From an uncultured Candidatus Binatia bacterium (GTDB lineage Bacteria > Desulfobacterota > Binatia > UBA9968 > CAXXLF01), in assembly GCA_965218425.1 (NCBI GenBank), contig OZ244621.1, forward strand, positions 2,560,001-2,624,000: a stretch of DNA of 64,000 nt, read 5' to 3'. Below the pieces are notes generated by a model. That model made no database searches, was not told the DNA's origin, and was given only the letters and a program-made list of their open reading frames with translations. Within the stretch, counting starts at the first letter, position 1. Each line of letters starts with the position of its first letter. Position numbers and translations under genes: made by a program. Positions 40,336-51,251 of the stretch are shown here, piece after piece.

Positions 40336-41538
40336 TCAGATAATCCCTTTGCTCTGCAAATCAACGATTTCGCTGTCGTCCATCCGGAGCCAGGTGCGAA
40401 GGATCTCCTCATTGTGCTGTCCCAGTAAAGGCGGAGCCAGCCGAACGGAAGGCGGTGTGTCCGAGAACTTGAGGGGGATGCCGGCCATTGACACTTTCCC
40501 TGCGGTCGGGTGCTCCACTTCGGTAACCATTTGCCTTTGCAGTACTTGATGAGAGCGAAACACCTGGTCGACGGTCTGAACCGGGGCGCATGGGACCTCG
40601 GCGGCGTGCAAGCGTTCCATCCACTCGGAGGATTTGCGCCCGAGAAATACTTCACTAAGGAGACGAATCAGAAGGTCCCTGTTTTGGACGCGCTGCGGGT
40701 TTTTCTCAAACCGGGCGTCGGTTGCGAGCTCCGGCCTTTCAATGGCGGGACAAAACCTCTTCCAAATCGCTTCGCTGGCCACGGCCACCACCAGGAACCC
40801 GTCCCGAGTCTTAAAACTCTGATAGGGGACGATGCTTGGATGGGCGTTGCCATGCCGTCGCATTACGCTGCCGTCCACCAGGTAGTTGCTACCCGCGTTG
40901 ACCAAGCTGGCAATACCGGCTTCCAGTAGTGACGTTTCGATCCTTTGGCCGGTCCCGGTTTGCCGGCGGGCGTAGAGGGCCGCGGTGATTGCCTGCCCCA
41001 ACATCAGGCCGGCCACGATATCAATAATGGCAACACCCACCTTTGTGGGCTCACCTTGCGGTGTCCCTGTGATGCTCATCAGGCCGCCCCACGCTTGAAT
41101 GATCAGGTCATAACAGGGCCAGTCCCTCATGGGCCCGTCGGAACCGAATCCGGAGAGGGATGCGTAGATGAGTCTGGGGTCGGCCCCGCGCAATTCCTGG
41201 TGGCCTAATCCCAATCGTTCCATGGTCCCCGGTCGAAAGTTTTCAACCAGCACGTCCGCCACCTTTGCAAGGCTGCGCAACAGCTCCACTCCCTGTACCG
41301 TTTTCAAATCAACCGTGAGGCTTTTCTTATTGCGGTTCACACTGAGAAAATAAGCGCTCTCGTCACCGGCAAATGGGGGACCCCAACCGCGGGTATCGTC
41401 GCCCACCTCCGGCCGCTCCACCTTGACCACCTCCGCACCCAGATCCCCCAGGAACATCGTACAGTAGGGCCCGGCCAAAACCCGAGTCAGATCCAGCACG
41501 CGAATGCCGTCCAACGGTCCTCTTTTTCCTTCGGTCAT
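40336..41538 (-). CDS. CoA transferase family III (CaiB/BaiF)
   Basis: PLDGIRVLDL, GDDTR, NRNKKS, ENFRPG. Confidence 0.95.
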   Translation of the reverse strand: MTEGKRGPLDGIRVLDLTRVLAGPYCTMFLGDLGAEVVKVERPEVGDDTRGWGPPFAGDESAYFLSVNRNKKSLTVDLKTVQGVELLRSLAKVADVLVENFRPGTMERLGLGHQELRGADPRLIYASLSGFGSDGPMRDWPCYDLIIQAWGGLMSITGTPQGEPTKVGVAIIDIVAGLMLGQAITAALYARRQTGTGQRIETSLLEAGIASLVNAGSNYLVDGSVMRRHGNAHPSIVPYQSFKTRDGFLVVAVASEAIWKRFCPAIERPELATDARFEKNPQRVQNRDLLIRLLSEVFLGRKSSEWMERLHAAEVPCAPVQTVDQVFRSHQVLQRQMVTEVEHPTAGKVSMAGIPLKFSDTPPSVRLAPPLLGQHNEEILRTWLRMDDSEIVDLQSKGII

Positions 41539-41909
41539 TTAAAATCCAGTCCTTTTTTCTTGACCACTTCCTGAAGCGTTTCCACTCCCATCCATAATCC
41601 CGGCATGCCGCCCGGAATGGCTGCCACCTCCATAGCCTCCAGTACTTCCCTTGGGCTTGCCCCCAGGGTTAAGGCCCTTTCACTGTGCACCCGAACCCCC
41701 CGGGGGCGAAGCATGGCACAGGTGATCCCAACCATAATGAGTTCCTTTGTCTTTCTTGGCAGGACACCCTCCCGTCCGAAGGTGCCATCCACGTACAGGC
41801 TCTTGAGGTGCTCAAAGTACTCAGGGTCCAGATCGGCGATGGCCTCGTAGGCGCTATTGTCGGCGCCAAGTGAAGTTTTCTTGAATGCTTCTCTAGTTTC
41901 CTCATTCAT
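41535..41909 (-). CDS. Carboxymuconolactone-decarboxylase-family protein
   Basis: LPRKTKELI…HSERALTLGAS…GMP. Confidence 0.85.
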   Translation of the reverse strand: MNEETREAFKKTSLGADNSAYEAIADLDPEYFEHLKSLYVDGTFGREGVLPRKTKELIMVGITCAMLRPRGVRVHSERALTLGASPREVLEAMEVAAIPGGMPGLWMGVETLQEVVKKKGLDFK

Positions 41910-42233
41910 GTCATGTTCCCTCCTTTGTTCGGTTCACTTCGGTCCACCACGGAAACCATTCTGTGTCTATCCCATAGGTCGGAGTGTGGTCAAGAAGAGC
42001 CTTTCCCGTTGAGGGACTGTTCTCACTATTATGACATCACCATCTAGTTTAATTTGCGGTTGACCGTGGGGGGGATATTTGGTCATATGCGCGTGAGGCT
42101 CTAGGTGGGATGAGAGGGGGTGGGGTGCTGACACGGTAAAGCAAAAGGAGGCGAGTTCTGCTTGAGCTGAGGACCGTCTTAAGCCGCCAAGCCGAAATAG
42201 CGGCATTGGCAAACTAAAAAAAGCGAGGGACCG

Positions 42234-42520
42234 ATGTTTGACGCCGACGGCCATATATTTGAGAAGGGCACTGAAATCTTTGAATATTTTGACCCCCCGT
42301 TTAAAGGCAGGTCCAGGGTCCTGCGGGCACCGTAGAGGCAGGATGGAAAAGACCAGTCCCACCGGGTGGTTCAGGCGACGTTTTTCGTCGGCGAACGGGT
42401 TGAGTACTCGGTCAAGGTAGAGGACCAAGGAGTCTTCTCCGTTCACGGGCTGAGGCGTAACCCTATTGACGAGGGGGCCAAGGTCTGGTTGAAACTGCAG
42501 CCGGAGGTCACAGTGTCTGG
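42234..42520 (+). pseudogene. Deletion scar: amidohydrolase start joined to an ABC-ATPase TOBE tail
   Basis: MFDADGHIFE…FEYFDPPF then FFVGERVEYSVKV…VWLKL. Confidence 0.55.
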
Positions 42521-42654
42521 TCTACGGATTGGTATCAAAACCTTGAAGAGAGAAAGTCTTAGCGCTGCAAGAAAAGTCATTGGATCATGCCCATAAAAAG
42601 CAGTGTGTTTTTATTTAGGGAGGCCAAAGGAGCAACGAAGAAAGGGAGGGCGAC

Positions 42655-43503
42655 ATGGCTAAACAGGAACTCACGAAGGAAGGGACAGATCGTAACACGA
42701 CAGTCAACGGGCTAAAGATTCATTACAATGATGCGGGAAAGGGGCCGGCCCTGTTTTGTTTTCATGGGGGTGGACCGGGGGCCAGCGCTTGGGGCAACTC
42801 GAGGTTTTGCCTACCGCTGTTGGCGGAGCGCTTCCGGTGTATCCTCATGGATCTTCCAGGCTATGGCGGGTCGGATAAGGATGCGAAGCTCAACGGTGAG
42901 CCACTGGACGTGTTCTGGGCCAAGGTCGTCATCGGCCTGATGGACCAGCTCGGGATTGAGAGGACTCACCTGTACACTTCGTCTCAGAGCGGGGCCATGG
43001 GATTGCGTCTGGGGATCGATTACCCGGACAGAGTCGGTAAAATCGTGATGCAGTCCAGCTCTCCGGAAAAAGGCGGACAACTCATGTTTTCCTCCTCACC
43101 GGCGGAAGGGCTTAAATCTCTGGCCGTGTTCGCCCAGAATCCGACACGGGAGAACATGGAAAAAATGATGCATCTTTTTATTCCCAAAGACGACCTTTGC
43201 ACGGAAGACATCATCGAGTCTCGTTTCCGGACTGCACTGACTCCGGGACACATCGAGGCGCGGCGGGAATTCTCCGCGGCAAAAAACAGCGACTTGAGTC
43301 AGCTCGTACGAAATCTCAAGGCGGAAGTCCTTGTGGTTTGGGGTCATCAGGATAGGATGGTGCCTGTTGAAGGAGCGTTCCGTGCGTTGGCGCTTATTCC
43401 TAATGTTCGTCTTCACATCTGGGGTGGGGGTGCCGGGCATTTCGTTGCATACGAAAAAGCTGGTGAGTTTGCGCGTTTAGTTACCGATTTTCTCAGCCAT
43501 TGA
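42655..43503 (+). CDS. Alpha/beta hydrolase, meta-cleavage-product-hydrolase-like
   Basis: HGGGPGAS, DLPGYG, WGHQD, AGHF. Confidence 0.85.
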   Translation: MAKQELTKEGTDRNTTVNGLKIHYNDAGKGPALFCFHGGGPGASAWGNSRFCLPLLAERFRCILMDLPGYGGSDKDAKLNGEPLDVFWAKVVIGLMDQLGIERTHLYTSSQSGAMGLRLGIDYPDRVGKIVMQSSSPEKGGQLMFSSSPAEGLKSLAVFAQNPTRENMEKMMHLFIPKDDLCTEDIIESRFRTALTPGHIEARREFSAAKNSDLSQLVRNLKAEVLVVWGHQDRMVPVEGAFRALALIPNVRLHIWGGGAGHFVAYEKAGEFARLVTDFLSH

Positions 43504-43672
43504 GGGCGTGGATCGAACTCTGCCACGGTTCCCGGACGTTTCCCGGATGATTCCAAAGATGAGATGACTCCGGGGAACCGGGTCCGCACCCGATGCCCTA
43601 TGGTGCATCCCTTGTGGCTTGTGTGCGCCTGTGCTGTTCTGAGCAGATGAACCTTTAACCCTTAGTCCTCCA

Positions 43673-44089
43673 TTACCGGACCCACCACGAGCATCTTTGG
43701 GTTGATTCGCTGAAAGAGTTCTCTGCTGGGGATGCCATCGTATTCCCTCCCCGGACTCTACGAGCCCGACTGGCCGTAACTCCAAAGACCAATTTCGGAA
43801 TGCCCGCCCAATGGGTTGCCCCACAACACATGATGCAGCACTCGGTGCTGGTGTAAAGTGTACTTTCTAACAGGGTGTCGCTGGAAAATCGTTGCGTAGC
43901 CAGCGCCGCCAGTCCCGTTTCAGCGTGTCTTGTCACATCCGTTGGTGGTGAGCACGGCATTTTCAAATTCAGCAACGTTCTTTCCCCGGTGAACCAGTAA
44001 AGCGCCAAATGGATGGTTACCCTTAGCACCGCGCTTCGGGCTATATCATAGGTACGGCGAATAAATTCCCGATCTATTTCAGTGGACAT
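43673..44089 (-). pseudogene. Nucleoside/guanine deaminase, frameshifted
   Basis: GNHPFGALL lies in another frame; HAE and LYTSTECCIMCCGA motifs are present. Confidence 0.8.
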
Positions 44090-44276
44090 TGAATCATCAG
44101 GTAATACCATAACCTCGATCCGCCCTTTTCTCTCCATGTCGGGGGTCTCCTCCAAGTCAGCCTCTAGCGCCAAGTATGGATTGTGTCAACACTGGCTGAT
44201 GGAAATTCCCGATTCCTTGACGTGCAAATTTAATCCCTATAGAGATTTCATAGCCCAATTGACCAGGAGCAAAGAG

Positions 44277-45413
44277 ATGGAAAACCGATCCTTTGAACAG
44301 GTTAGGAAAGAAATCCTTCACCGTGCCGGCAGGATCAATCCTTTCGAAGGGGTCAAGAAAGAGGACGTGGAGGAGGTGGTGGGGAAACTACGCAGTTTAG
44401 ATCCGGACCATTGGGGCGAGGAATGGGGGCGAATGGCTGAGGGGTATGAAAGCCTCGGTGATGAACAGGAAGCCCAGGGTCAAAATGAAGGCGCCGGCAA
44501 GTTCTACTACTGGGCCTATGAATTCTCCCGGATCGGGCGCTACCCTGTGCCCAGTAGCCCACAAAAGGTGAGATGCTACCACGCCGCGTTAAAGAACTAT
44601 CTCAAAGCTGCCAAATACTTTGATTCCCCTTTGGAGAGAGTAGAGATACCCTTCGAAGGTAAGGTCCTGATAGGCTATTTGCAGATTCCTCGCGGCACGA
44701 ATCGCCCGCCGTTGGTCATGCACTGGGGGGGAGTGGACGGTTGGAAAGAGGATCGCCGGGGAGCCAATCTGGCATTCCACGGGCTTGGTTTGGCTACGTT
44801 TAACATCGACATGCCTGGAACGGGTGAAAGCCCCGTCTTGGCCCATGAGGATAAAGCAGAGCGCACCTTTTCTGCCGCGTTGGATTTTCTGGAGCATAGG
44901 CCCGATATCGATGCTACCCGCATAGGCGTCATGGGAGCGAGTTTTGGCGGCTATTGGGCGACGAAGCTCGCGTATGTGGAGGCAGCGCGGCTAAAGGGTG
45001 CGGTTAACTGGGGGGCAGGGGTCCACCACACCTTCCAATCGGATTGGCTCCGTCCGGCACTGACCGAACGTGCCGCACAGTACCTTATGGGACCCAGCGG
45101 CCTGCTGGAATCCCGAGCCTATATCTTCCGGGCCAAAACTTTGGAAGAGGTTTTACAAACAGCGCCGCGCCTCTCGCTTAAAACCCAGGGTTTACTGGAT
45201 CAGCCTAACGCTCCTCTATTACTAATCAATGGCAAAAAGGACGATCAACATCCCATTGAGGACTTTTACCTGCTTATGGAGTACGGCGATCCCAAGGAGG
45301 CGCGCATCTTCCCTGAAGCCGGACATATGGGACGTGTCCCCGGTCAGTCCAATCGTGAAGCGTTGGAGATCGTCAGCCGGTGGCTTAAACAAAAACTAAC
45401 CAAAGGTATTTGA
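44277..45413 (+). CDS. Alpha/beta hydrolase (FrsA/DHPON-hydrolase-like)
   Basis: GGVD, DMPGTGE, GASFGG, GHMG. Confidence 0.88.
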   Translation: MENRSFEQVRKEILHRAGRINPFEGVKKEDVEEVVGKLRSLDPDHWGEEWGRMAEGYESLGDEQEAQGQNEGAGKFYYWAYEFSRIGRYPVPSSPQKVRCYHAALKNYLKAAKYFDSPLERVEIPFEGKVLIGYLQIPRGTNRPPLVMHWGGVDGWKEDRRGANLAFHGLGLATFNIDMPGTGESPVLAHEDKAERTFSAALDFLEHRPDIDATRIGVMGASFGGYWATKLAYVEAARLKGAVNWGAGVHHTFQSDWLRPALTERAAQYLMGPSGLLESRAYIFRAKTLEEVLQTAPRLSLKTQGLLDQPNAPLLLINGKKDDQHPIEDFYLLMEYGDPKEARIFPEAGHMGRVPGQSNREALEIVSRWLKQKLTKGI

Positions 45414-45457
45414 AACCTTTAGTTGAGTTTTAGGTTACAGGATGGGGAAAAAGACGA

Positions 45458-45576
45458 CTCGCGCAAAGGCGCCCTTCGACGGACTCAGGACGCTGAGCGT
45501 GGTCGAAGCACAAAGAACGTCAAGTGCCGAGAGAGTAGAAGAGAAATTTTCTTTGCGCGCTTAGCGTCTTGGCGCG
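45458..45576. repeat. Nested REP-like palindromic elements
   Basis: tcgcgcaaaggcgc…gcgtcttggcgcga enclosing cttcgac…ctcag…ctgag…gtcgaag. Confidence 0.55.
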
Positions 45577-45672
45577 AAAATTTTTGTTGAAATTCTTCTT
45601 CAACCATTCCATGGGCAAGAGTTTAACCTGTCTCTTGGCTCGCCGGATTCCACCGCGAATTTGTACGTGTTG

Positions 45673-46299
45673 CTAGGACAGGTCCCGCAAAACGGCACGG
45701 CAAGGAGCGCCATCCAGACCGCGGAGCCGCAATGGAAAGCAGATTAGCTCATAAAGCCCCGGCGTGATATTCGAAAGGTCCACGCCTTCGAGAAGGGCTA
45801 CGCCATGGTCTAAGAAGGCTCGGTGCACCGGTACCTGTTCATTGGGATGGGCCACAGAAAGATAGTCCAGTCCCACCAGCTTCACTCCGCGGGCCACTAA
45901 AGCCTTGGCCGCCTCCACTGAGAAAGCGACGAAGTTGGGTTCAAACTCGGACTGGTTTAAGAAACGAGAATTCCGAGTCTTGAACAATACCCGGTTGACC
46001 CCCTGAAGCTTGATTTCTGAAACGTGCTTGTCCGTGATGTGACTTTCGGCTTCCACGGCGTGGACCAGGGCAGGTCCCATGAAGAGCTCCAAGGGCAAGG
46101 AGTCGATGGTGCTTCCGTCCGGTACAAAATGGAATGGAGCGTCTAAATGGGTGCCCGAGTGGACGCTCATGTTGAGGGCCGATGAGTTGTTTTGATCTCC
46201 TCGACTCATGCGACGCCGCTCCTGAAGCTCCAATGGCGAAGAGGTCACCCAGCGCACCGTTTCAGGAGAGAGGTTGAGGGAGATGTCATAGTATTTCAT
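45673..46299 (-). CDS. Cyclase/kynurenine-formamidase-family protein
   Basis: HSGTHLDAP, GLDYLS, DGAPCRAVL. Confidence 0.9.
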   Translation of the reverse strand: MKYYDISLNLSPETVRWVTSSPLELQERRRMSRGDQNNSSALNMSVHSGTHLDAPFHFVPDGSTIDSLPLELFMGPALVHAVEAESHITDKHVSEIKLQGVNRVLFKTRNSRFLNQSEFEPNFVAFSVEAAKALVARGVKLVGLDYLSVAHPNEQVPVHRAFLDHGVALLEGVDLSNITPGLYELICFPLRLRGLDGAPCRAVLRDLS

Positions 46300-46301
46300 A
46301 G

Positions 46302-47432
46302 TCAGGTCACCCGGATCGGATTGGCTTTTATCAATGCCCGCGCCAGCTCCCTCTTGAGCCAGCGAATAATCGTGGGCAACGTCTCTGGCGTGTGCCCCAT
46401 ATGGCCTCCGGGAAAGACACGTGCAGCCTTTGGGCTGCCGGATTCCAAAAGGATATAGAGATCCTCGATGGGAGTCTGCAGATCGTCCTTGCCGTTGACA
46501 ACCAACATGGGGCAAGAGAGTTTGTCCAGCCAACCTTGAGTTTTGAGGGACAGTGAAGGAAACAGCTCCACAAGCTCCTCGAGACCATTCACACCGAAGG
46601 CCATGGCCCGCGCAGTCTCGTGGTCCATCAGGTAGCTATCGGCATTGGTGGACTTGCGCAGCCACTCTTCCTGGAAGAAGTAATGAACGCCCCCTCCCCA
46701 GACAACCGCTGCGCGGAGTCGACTCGCCTCGGTAAAAGCCGTCTTTGCCGCCCAATAACCTCCGAAACTGCGTCCCAGAACGCCGATACGCCGCGAATCA
46801 ATATCCGGGCGCTTCACCAAGTAATCCATTACGGCACTAAAGATTGATTCAGCGGTGGTGGACCCTTTGATTGGGCTCTCTCCCACTCCTGGCATATCCA
46901 CAGCACACGCGCCTAAGCCCGCTTGTAGTAAAGTTTCATCGAGATCATGAGATTCGGCTTTGTAGGAATCGATGCCGCCAAAGTTGATGACCACCGGCTG
47001 CTTACCGTTGCTTTCGGGTAGGCGAAGGTAGGCGCGGATGACCTTCTCCCCGTATGGGATACTCAATTTCTCCAGTGGGGGATTGAAGTAGCGCCCGGCT
47101 TTTGCATACAGCTCAAGACTCTTCTGGAAGGACACTTGTTTGCCAGTGGTATGGGGCACCGGATAACGGCCCAGCGTATAATAGGTGTAGGCCATCAAAT
47201 AGGCGCTACATGCTTCTTGACTGCGACCGGCCGATTCCTGCTTTGCGCCTTCCTCTTCGTAGGGCCTGGCCACTCTAGTCCACTGGGCCGCCCAATGGTC
47301 AGGATCTTTGTCCTTTAGCTGGTCCAGGACGGATTCTACGTCGTGTTTCTGAGCGTTGCGAAACACACCTCGCTTGCCCGTACGCTCGCGAACCATTGTC
47401 TTGATCTCTTCCAGACTCTTGACGCGGCCCAT
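46302..47432 (-). CDS. Alpha/beta hydrolase (paralogue of 44277-45413)
   Basis: GGID, DMPGVGE, GRSFGG, GHMG. Confidence 0.88.
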   Translation of the reverse strand: MGRVKSLEEIKTMVRERTGKRGVFRNAQKHDVESVLDQLKDKDPDHWAAQWTRVARPYEEEGAKQESAGRSQEACSAYLMAYTYYTLGRYPVPHTTGKQVSFQKSLELYAKAGRYFNPPLEKLSIPYGEKVIRAYLRLPESNGKQPVVINFGGIDSYKAESHDLDETLLQAGLGACAVDMPGVGESPIKGSTTAESIFSAVMDYLVKRPDIDSRRIGVLGRSFGGYWAAKTAFTEASRLRAAVVWGGGVHYFFQEEWLRKSTNADSYLMDHETARAMAFGVNGLEELVELFPSLSLKTQGWLDKLSCPMLVVNGKDDLQTPIEDLYILLESGSPKAARVFPGGHMGHTPETLPTIIRWLKRELARALIKANPIRVT

Positions 47433-47731
47433 CCAGCAACTCTCCTCGCTCAGATTTTTATCGAAGAACGTTTAAGCAGGACAACTCTACCAAAGTTTCT
47501 GGCACGAAGACGTCTCTGATTTAAAATCTGGATTCCGAAGCTTAACATCTCAAACAGGCCAAAACGCTCAAATCAAAAATCGAAATCAAAAACGAAATTG
47601 TTTGGAAATTTATGTTATTGGATCATTTAGATTTGTTTCGGGTTTTGCTTATCTGATTTCCTAAGTGCAAATTCAAGGGATAGTTTCAAACCTATTTCGT
47701 GAGGAGTTCCCTCGTATTGCAATGCCGGGCG

Positions 47732-48202
47732 CTAGCCTTTCCAGTCGTAGTTCAGGGCTGCAAGATCGATCTCGTAGTCTCCGCCGGCCTTTGCCCCGCG
47801 CGGCGACTTGTGGGCCTCCTTGAAGCCCTTTGGACAATAGATTTCAAACAGATTCCCTGAGGGGTCGCGGAAATACATTAACGTTCTAATCCCATCACGC
47901 GTCCATATTTCCGTGGTGGGCACCCCATAGCTTTCCAGGCGCTCTTTCATAGGTATGAACTGGTCGCCCTCAATGAAAAAACCGTAGTGAGGGTATTCCG
48001 CCCGGTAACCGGTCCATCCCTTTTCCTGTGGCGAAAACCCAACAATGACTCCTCCCAATTGCACCTCACCGAATCCCTCACGGTCAAAAACAAGCTCCGC
48101 GCCTAACACCTCGGTGAAAAATTTTAGGGCTTCCTTGGCGTCACGGACCGGTAGGCTCATGTGGCTGAAGCCAGAGAATTTAGGCTGCTGTTCATTGGCC
48201 AT
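47732..48202 (-). CDS. VOC/glyoxalase-family protein
   Basis: HMSLPVRD, HYGF, YFRDPSGNLFEI. Confidence 0.9.
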   Translation of the reverse strand: MANEQQPKFSGFSHMSLPVRDAKEALKFFTEVLGAELVFDREGFGEVQLGGVIVGFSPQEKGWTGYRAEYPHYGFFIEGDQFIPMKERLESYGVPTTEIWTRDGIRTLMYFRDPSGNLFEIYCPKGFKEAHKSPRGAKAGGDYEIDLAALNYDWKG

Positions 48203-48682
48203 GGTTGCCGCCCTCCTTTCGTTAAAGTTGGAAAAAATTCTGTTTTTCCTTCTGCCTGAAGGCCTGATTGGAGCGCTCGGTCAACCCTTATTTCATAGAC
48301 CCCTCAACCTGTCAATCGGTCAAGGACCCTTGGAGAACTTAGGCTTGGCGGCCTGCCCGTTTGGCTGAGCTCAGGTCGAAGCCTTCAGCGGGAGGGCAAC
48401 AATTAGCCATCAGCTCTCAGCCCTCAGCCATGAGCAAATCAGGACCGAGTGCTGAGCTTTTCCCCACTAAGCCCTCAGCGCTCGTTACTCCATGCTAACT
48501 TTCGTGCCAGGCCCCCTACGCCCCGTACTGGAATACGACGTAGAGGAACGCGATGTGATGTCCCTCAGCCTGCAATAGACGTTTCTTGACGACACCCCGT
48601 ATAGTGCGATAAACAAGTAATAGGGGCGGAGGAAAGGGCCCAATTTCATTAGACCCAAAAGGTAGAGAAGGAGAAACCCAAG

Positions 48683-49084
48683 ATGGCCACGCTCGCAAGG
48701 TTAAGTCACGCCGGTTTCAATGTGCCGCGCGACCTCTATCAGCAGGAATGCGACTTCTGGGAAAAAATCATCGGTCTCAAGCTCGTGCGAAAGAATGATC
48801 GGAACGCCTTCTTCACAACAGATCCCCTCAGGGACCACGAGTTCATTCTCTATGCCGTAGATGGGCCGGTGACGGGTTACGGTCAAGACGATTGTATCCT
48901 GAATCACCTGGCCTTTGACGTGGCAACGGACGCGGAAGTGGACGAGTTGACAGAGCGACTCCGCGCACACGGGTTCGAAGTGGGGGAACCGCCCCGGGAC
49001 CGCCGCCAGAACAAGGTGACGAGTCCGTCCGGCATTCATCTCGAAATTAATACGCCACCTTATACCTTCACAAAACCAAGGTAG
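48683..49084 (+). CDS. VOC/glyoxalase-family protein
   Basis: LSHAGF, NHLAFDV, PSGIHLEI. Confidence 0.85.
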   Translation: MATLARLSHAGFNVPRDLYQQECDFWEKIIGLKLVRKNDRNAFFTTDPLRDHEFILYAVDGPVTGYGQDDCILNHLAFDVATDAEVDELTERLRAHGFEVGEPPRDRRQNKVTSPSGIHLEINTPPYTFTKPR

Positions 49085-49447
49085 GGGAGAGCTCAGAAAC
49101 GGCCGGAAACCGGAGCTCTTGAGACCATTCGGCCGATCAGCCTCCTTTCCCCTTGATTATTCCGAGACCGAATGGCAATCCTCGTTGCTTTGTGGTACAA
49201 ATCTCCTGAGGCAGGAACGGTTCTTGTATTCATCAATATAATCTTGTCACGGTACACATTTGGATAAGAGGCTTCGGACGGGGCCGAGCCCCTCGCTGTG
49301 GTGCCCATCAAATTCTCCGGTTGAATCTTGATTGATGGAACGCCCCATCACCCTAGGTCGCGGGTCGTTGCCTGGGATGGCTAGATTGGTGGCCCATCCT
49401 TAAGCCGTTCGTGCCAGACTGATCTCAAAAGGGAAACCCTGTCAATC

Positions 49448-50971
49448 ATGGCGATCAAAACTCCGTTAAAAGTATTTGACATGAAACGTGCCCTTCTTTA
49501 TTTTTTCCCGCTTATCATTATCCTCGCCGCGGGCCTGTGGCTTCCATTCCAATTTGAGTGGCAGGCTCCAACCATAAGGATCAAGCTGGATACGGAACAC
49601 GTGGGCAACCGTCCTTTCTCCGTTGAAGTCAATGAAAAAGGCAGGGGTTTGAAAACGGTGTCTATTTCAATCCTTGCCGGAGGTCAAGAGCACCCCATTG
49701 TTGTCGAAAACTACGACGGATCGGTTAAGAAAAAAGACGTGGTTGTTTCCCTGTCCCGTGAAACCCCGAACCTGAAGGGGGGCCCCGCCGTTTTGCGAGT
49801 CACCGCCACGGACCGGTCCTATTGGAATCTTTTCAGGGGGAATACGGTGACGGTGGAAAAGAATGTAATTATTGATTTGATTCCACCACGTGTGCAAATA
49901 ATCGCTGGTGATCGGTACATCAATTTTGGTGGATCCGGTCTCATCATCTATCAAACCTCTCCCGACGCAGCAAGAAGCGGGGTTCAAATCGGTGAATATT
50001 TTTTTCCGGGATACAAAGGACCCCTGAAGACCCCGGATACCTATATGGCGTATTTCGCTCATCCCCATGACGTGCCAAAGGCAAAGGGGGCCATTGTGGC
50101 CGAGGACGCAGCGGGGAACTTCACGGAGCGAACGCTTTATTATGTTCTTAGAAACGTAAGAATTAAAAAGAAACGGGTAAAGATAACTGACAGACTAATT
50201 GAAAGGATGATGATCCCGCTCCTGGGAACGGGCACGGCCCAGGGAAAGAGTTTTAAAGAACTGTTCTTGGCGGTGAACCGAGACATGCGACGAGAAAGCA
50301 ATGCCAAAATCAAAGAGGTCGCCAGTCAATCCATAGATTCATTGCTCTGGGACTTACCCTTTCACCAGCTTTCGAATTCAAAGGTTGAGGCCAACTTTGC
50401 GGACCAGAGAACCTACACCTACAACGGTGAAGTCATCGATCAGGCCTATCACATGGGGTATGACCTGGCGGTGACAAAAAATTATCCCGTTGAAGCCGCC
50501 AACAACGGGGTGGTGGTGTTTGGTGGGGATTTGGGCATCTATGGGAACACGGTCATCATCGACCATGGATTGGGTTTGTTTACGCTTTACGGCCACATGA
50601 GTCTGATCAATGTCAAAAAGGGTGAGATGGTAAAACGCAAACAGATCATTGGCAAAACGGGTTCCTCTGGACTGGCCACGGGAGATCACTTGCATTACGA
50701 AACCATGCTACACGGGGTACCGGTACTGCCCCTTGAATGGTGGGACCGAAAGTGGGTGGATGAGAACATTCTCAGCAAGATTCGGTTCGTGATCAGCAAT
50801 CCACCCATGGTTTCACGAAGTCCGCAGGTTAAAAAAGCGGATAACCTCACCGTTCTGGATACCCTACAGCAAGTTCAACGCAAGGAAGAAGATCCGACGC
50901 CGTCTAACCTTCCGGAACAGCAACCCATCAAGGAAGGCTCCGAAGCTCAACATCCAATGGTCACACAGTGA
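49448..50971 (+). CDS. M23-family metallopeptidase
   Basis: HMGYD, YGN, YGHMS, HLHY; N-terminal TM. Confidence 0.92.
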   Translation: MAIKTPLKVFDMKRALLYFFPLIIILAAGLWLPFQFEWQAPTIRIKLDTEHVGNRPFSVEVNEKGRGLKTVSISILAGGQEHPIVVENYDGSVKKKDVVVSLSRETPNLKGGPAVLRVTATDRSYWNLFRGNTVTVEKNVIIDLIPPRVQIIAGDRYINFGGSGLIIYQTSPDAARSGVQIGEYFFPGYKGPLKTPDTYMAYFAHPHDVPKAKGAIVAEDAAGNFTERTLYYVLRNVRIKKKRVKITDRLIERMMIPLLGTGTAQGKSFKELFLAVNRDMRRESNAKIKEVASQSIDSLLWDLPFHQLSNSKVEANFADQRTYTYNGEVIDQAYHMGYDLAVTKNYPVEAANNGVVVFGGDLGIYGNTVIIDHGLGLFTLYGHMSLINVKKGEMVKRKQIIGKTGSSGLATGDHLHYETMLHGVPVLPLEWWDRKWVDENILSKIRFVISNPPMVSRSPQVKKADNLTVLDTLQQVQRKEEDPTPSNLPEQQPIKEGSEAQHPMVTQ

Positions 50972-51053
50972 ATCGGGTCATTCCTTGAGTTCGAATATAA
51001 AACCATGTTGAAGGACTTTCTCTTCAGGAGAGATAGCAGCCAGGAAAGTGTTT

Positions 51054-51251
51054 TTAATGCATGGAAGGAACGTCCATTTTCGTCTTAATCCATCTCTCCA
51101 GGATGATTCGTTTAAAGCGCCACTGATTACCGACCTTGAAAGCCGGCAGCTTTTTCTGTGACACCAAACGGTAGATGGTATACTTGTCTACCCTGAGGTA
51201 GCGAGCAACCTCTTCCGTGGTCATAAAATCTTCTCGTTCCATAACAGACAA
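51054..51251 (-). CDS. Excisionase-like HTH protein
   Basis: MTTEEVARYLRV…LPAFKVGNQWRF. Confidence 0.88.
   Translation of the reverse strand: MSVMEREDFMTTEEVARYLRVDKYTIYRLVSQKKLPAFKVGNQWRFKRIILERWIKTKMDVPSMH

Noticed and set aside
47510..48490. AT-rich and heptamer (ctcagcc) intergenic repeats as a novel system
   Set aside because: They resemble common degenerate REP-like intergenic elements, with no linked enzyme.
51054..51251. Excisionase as a prophage marker
   Set aside because: No integrase or phage genes are adjacent; stand-alone regulators of this family are common.
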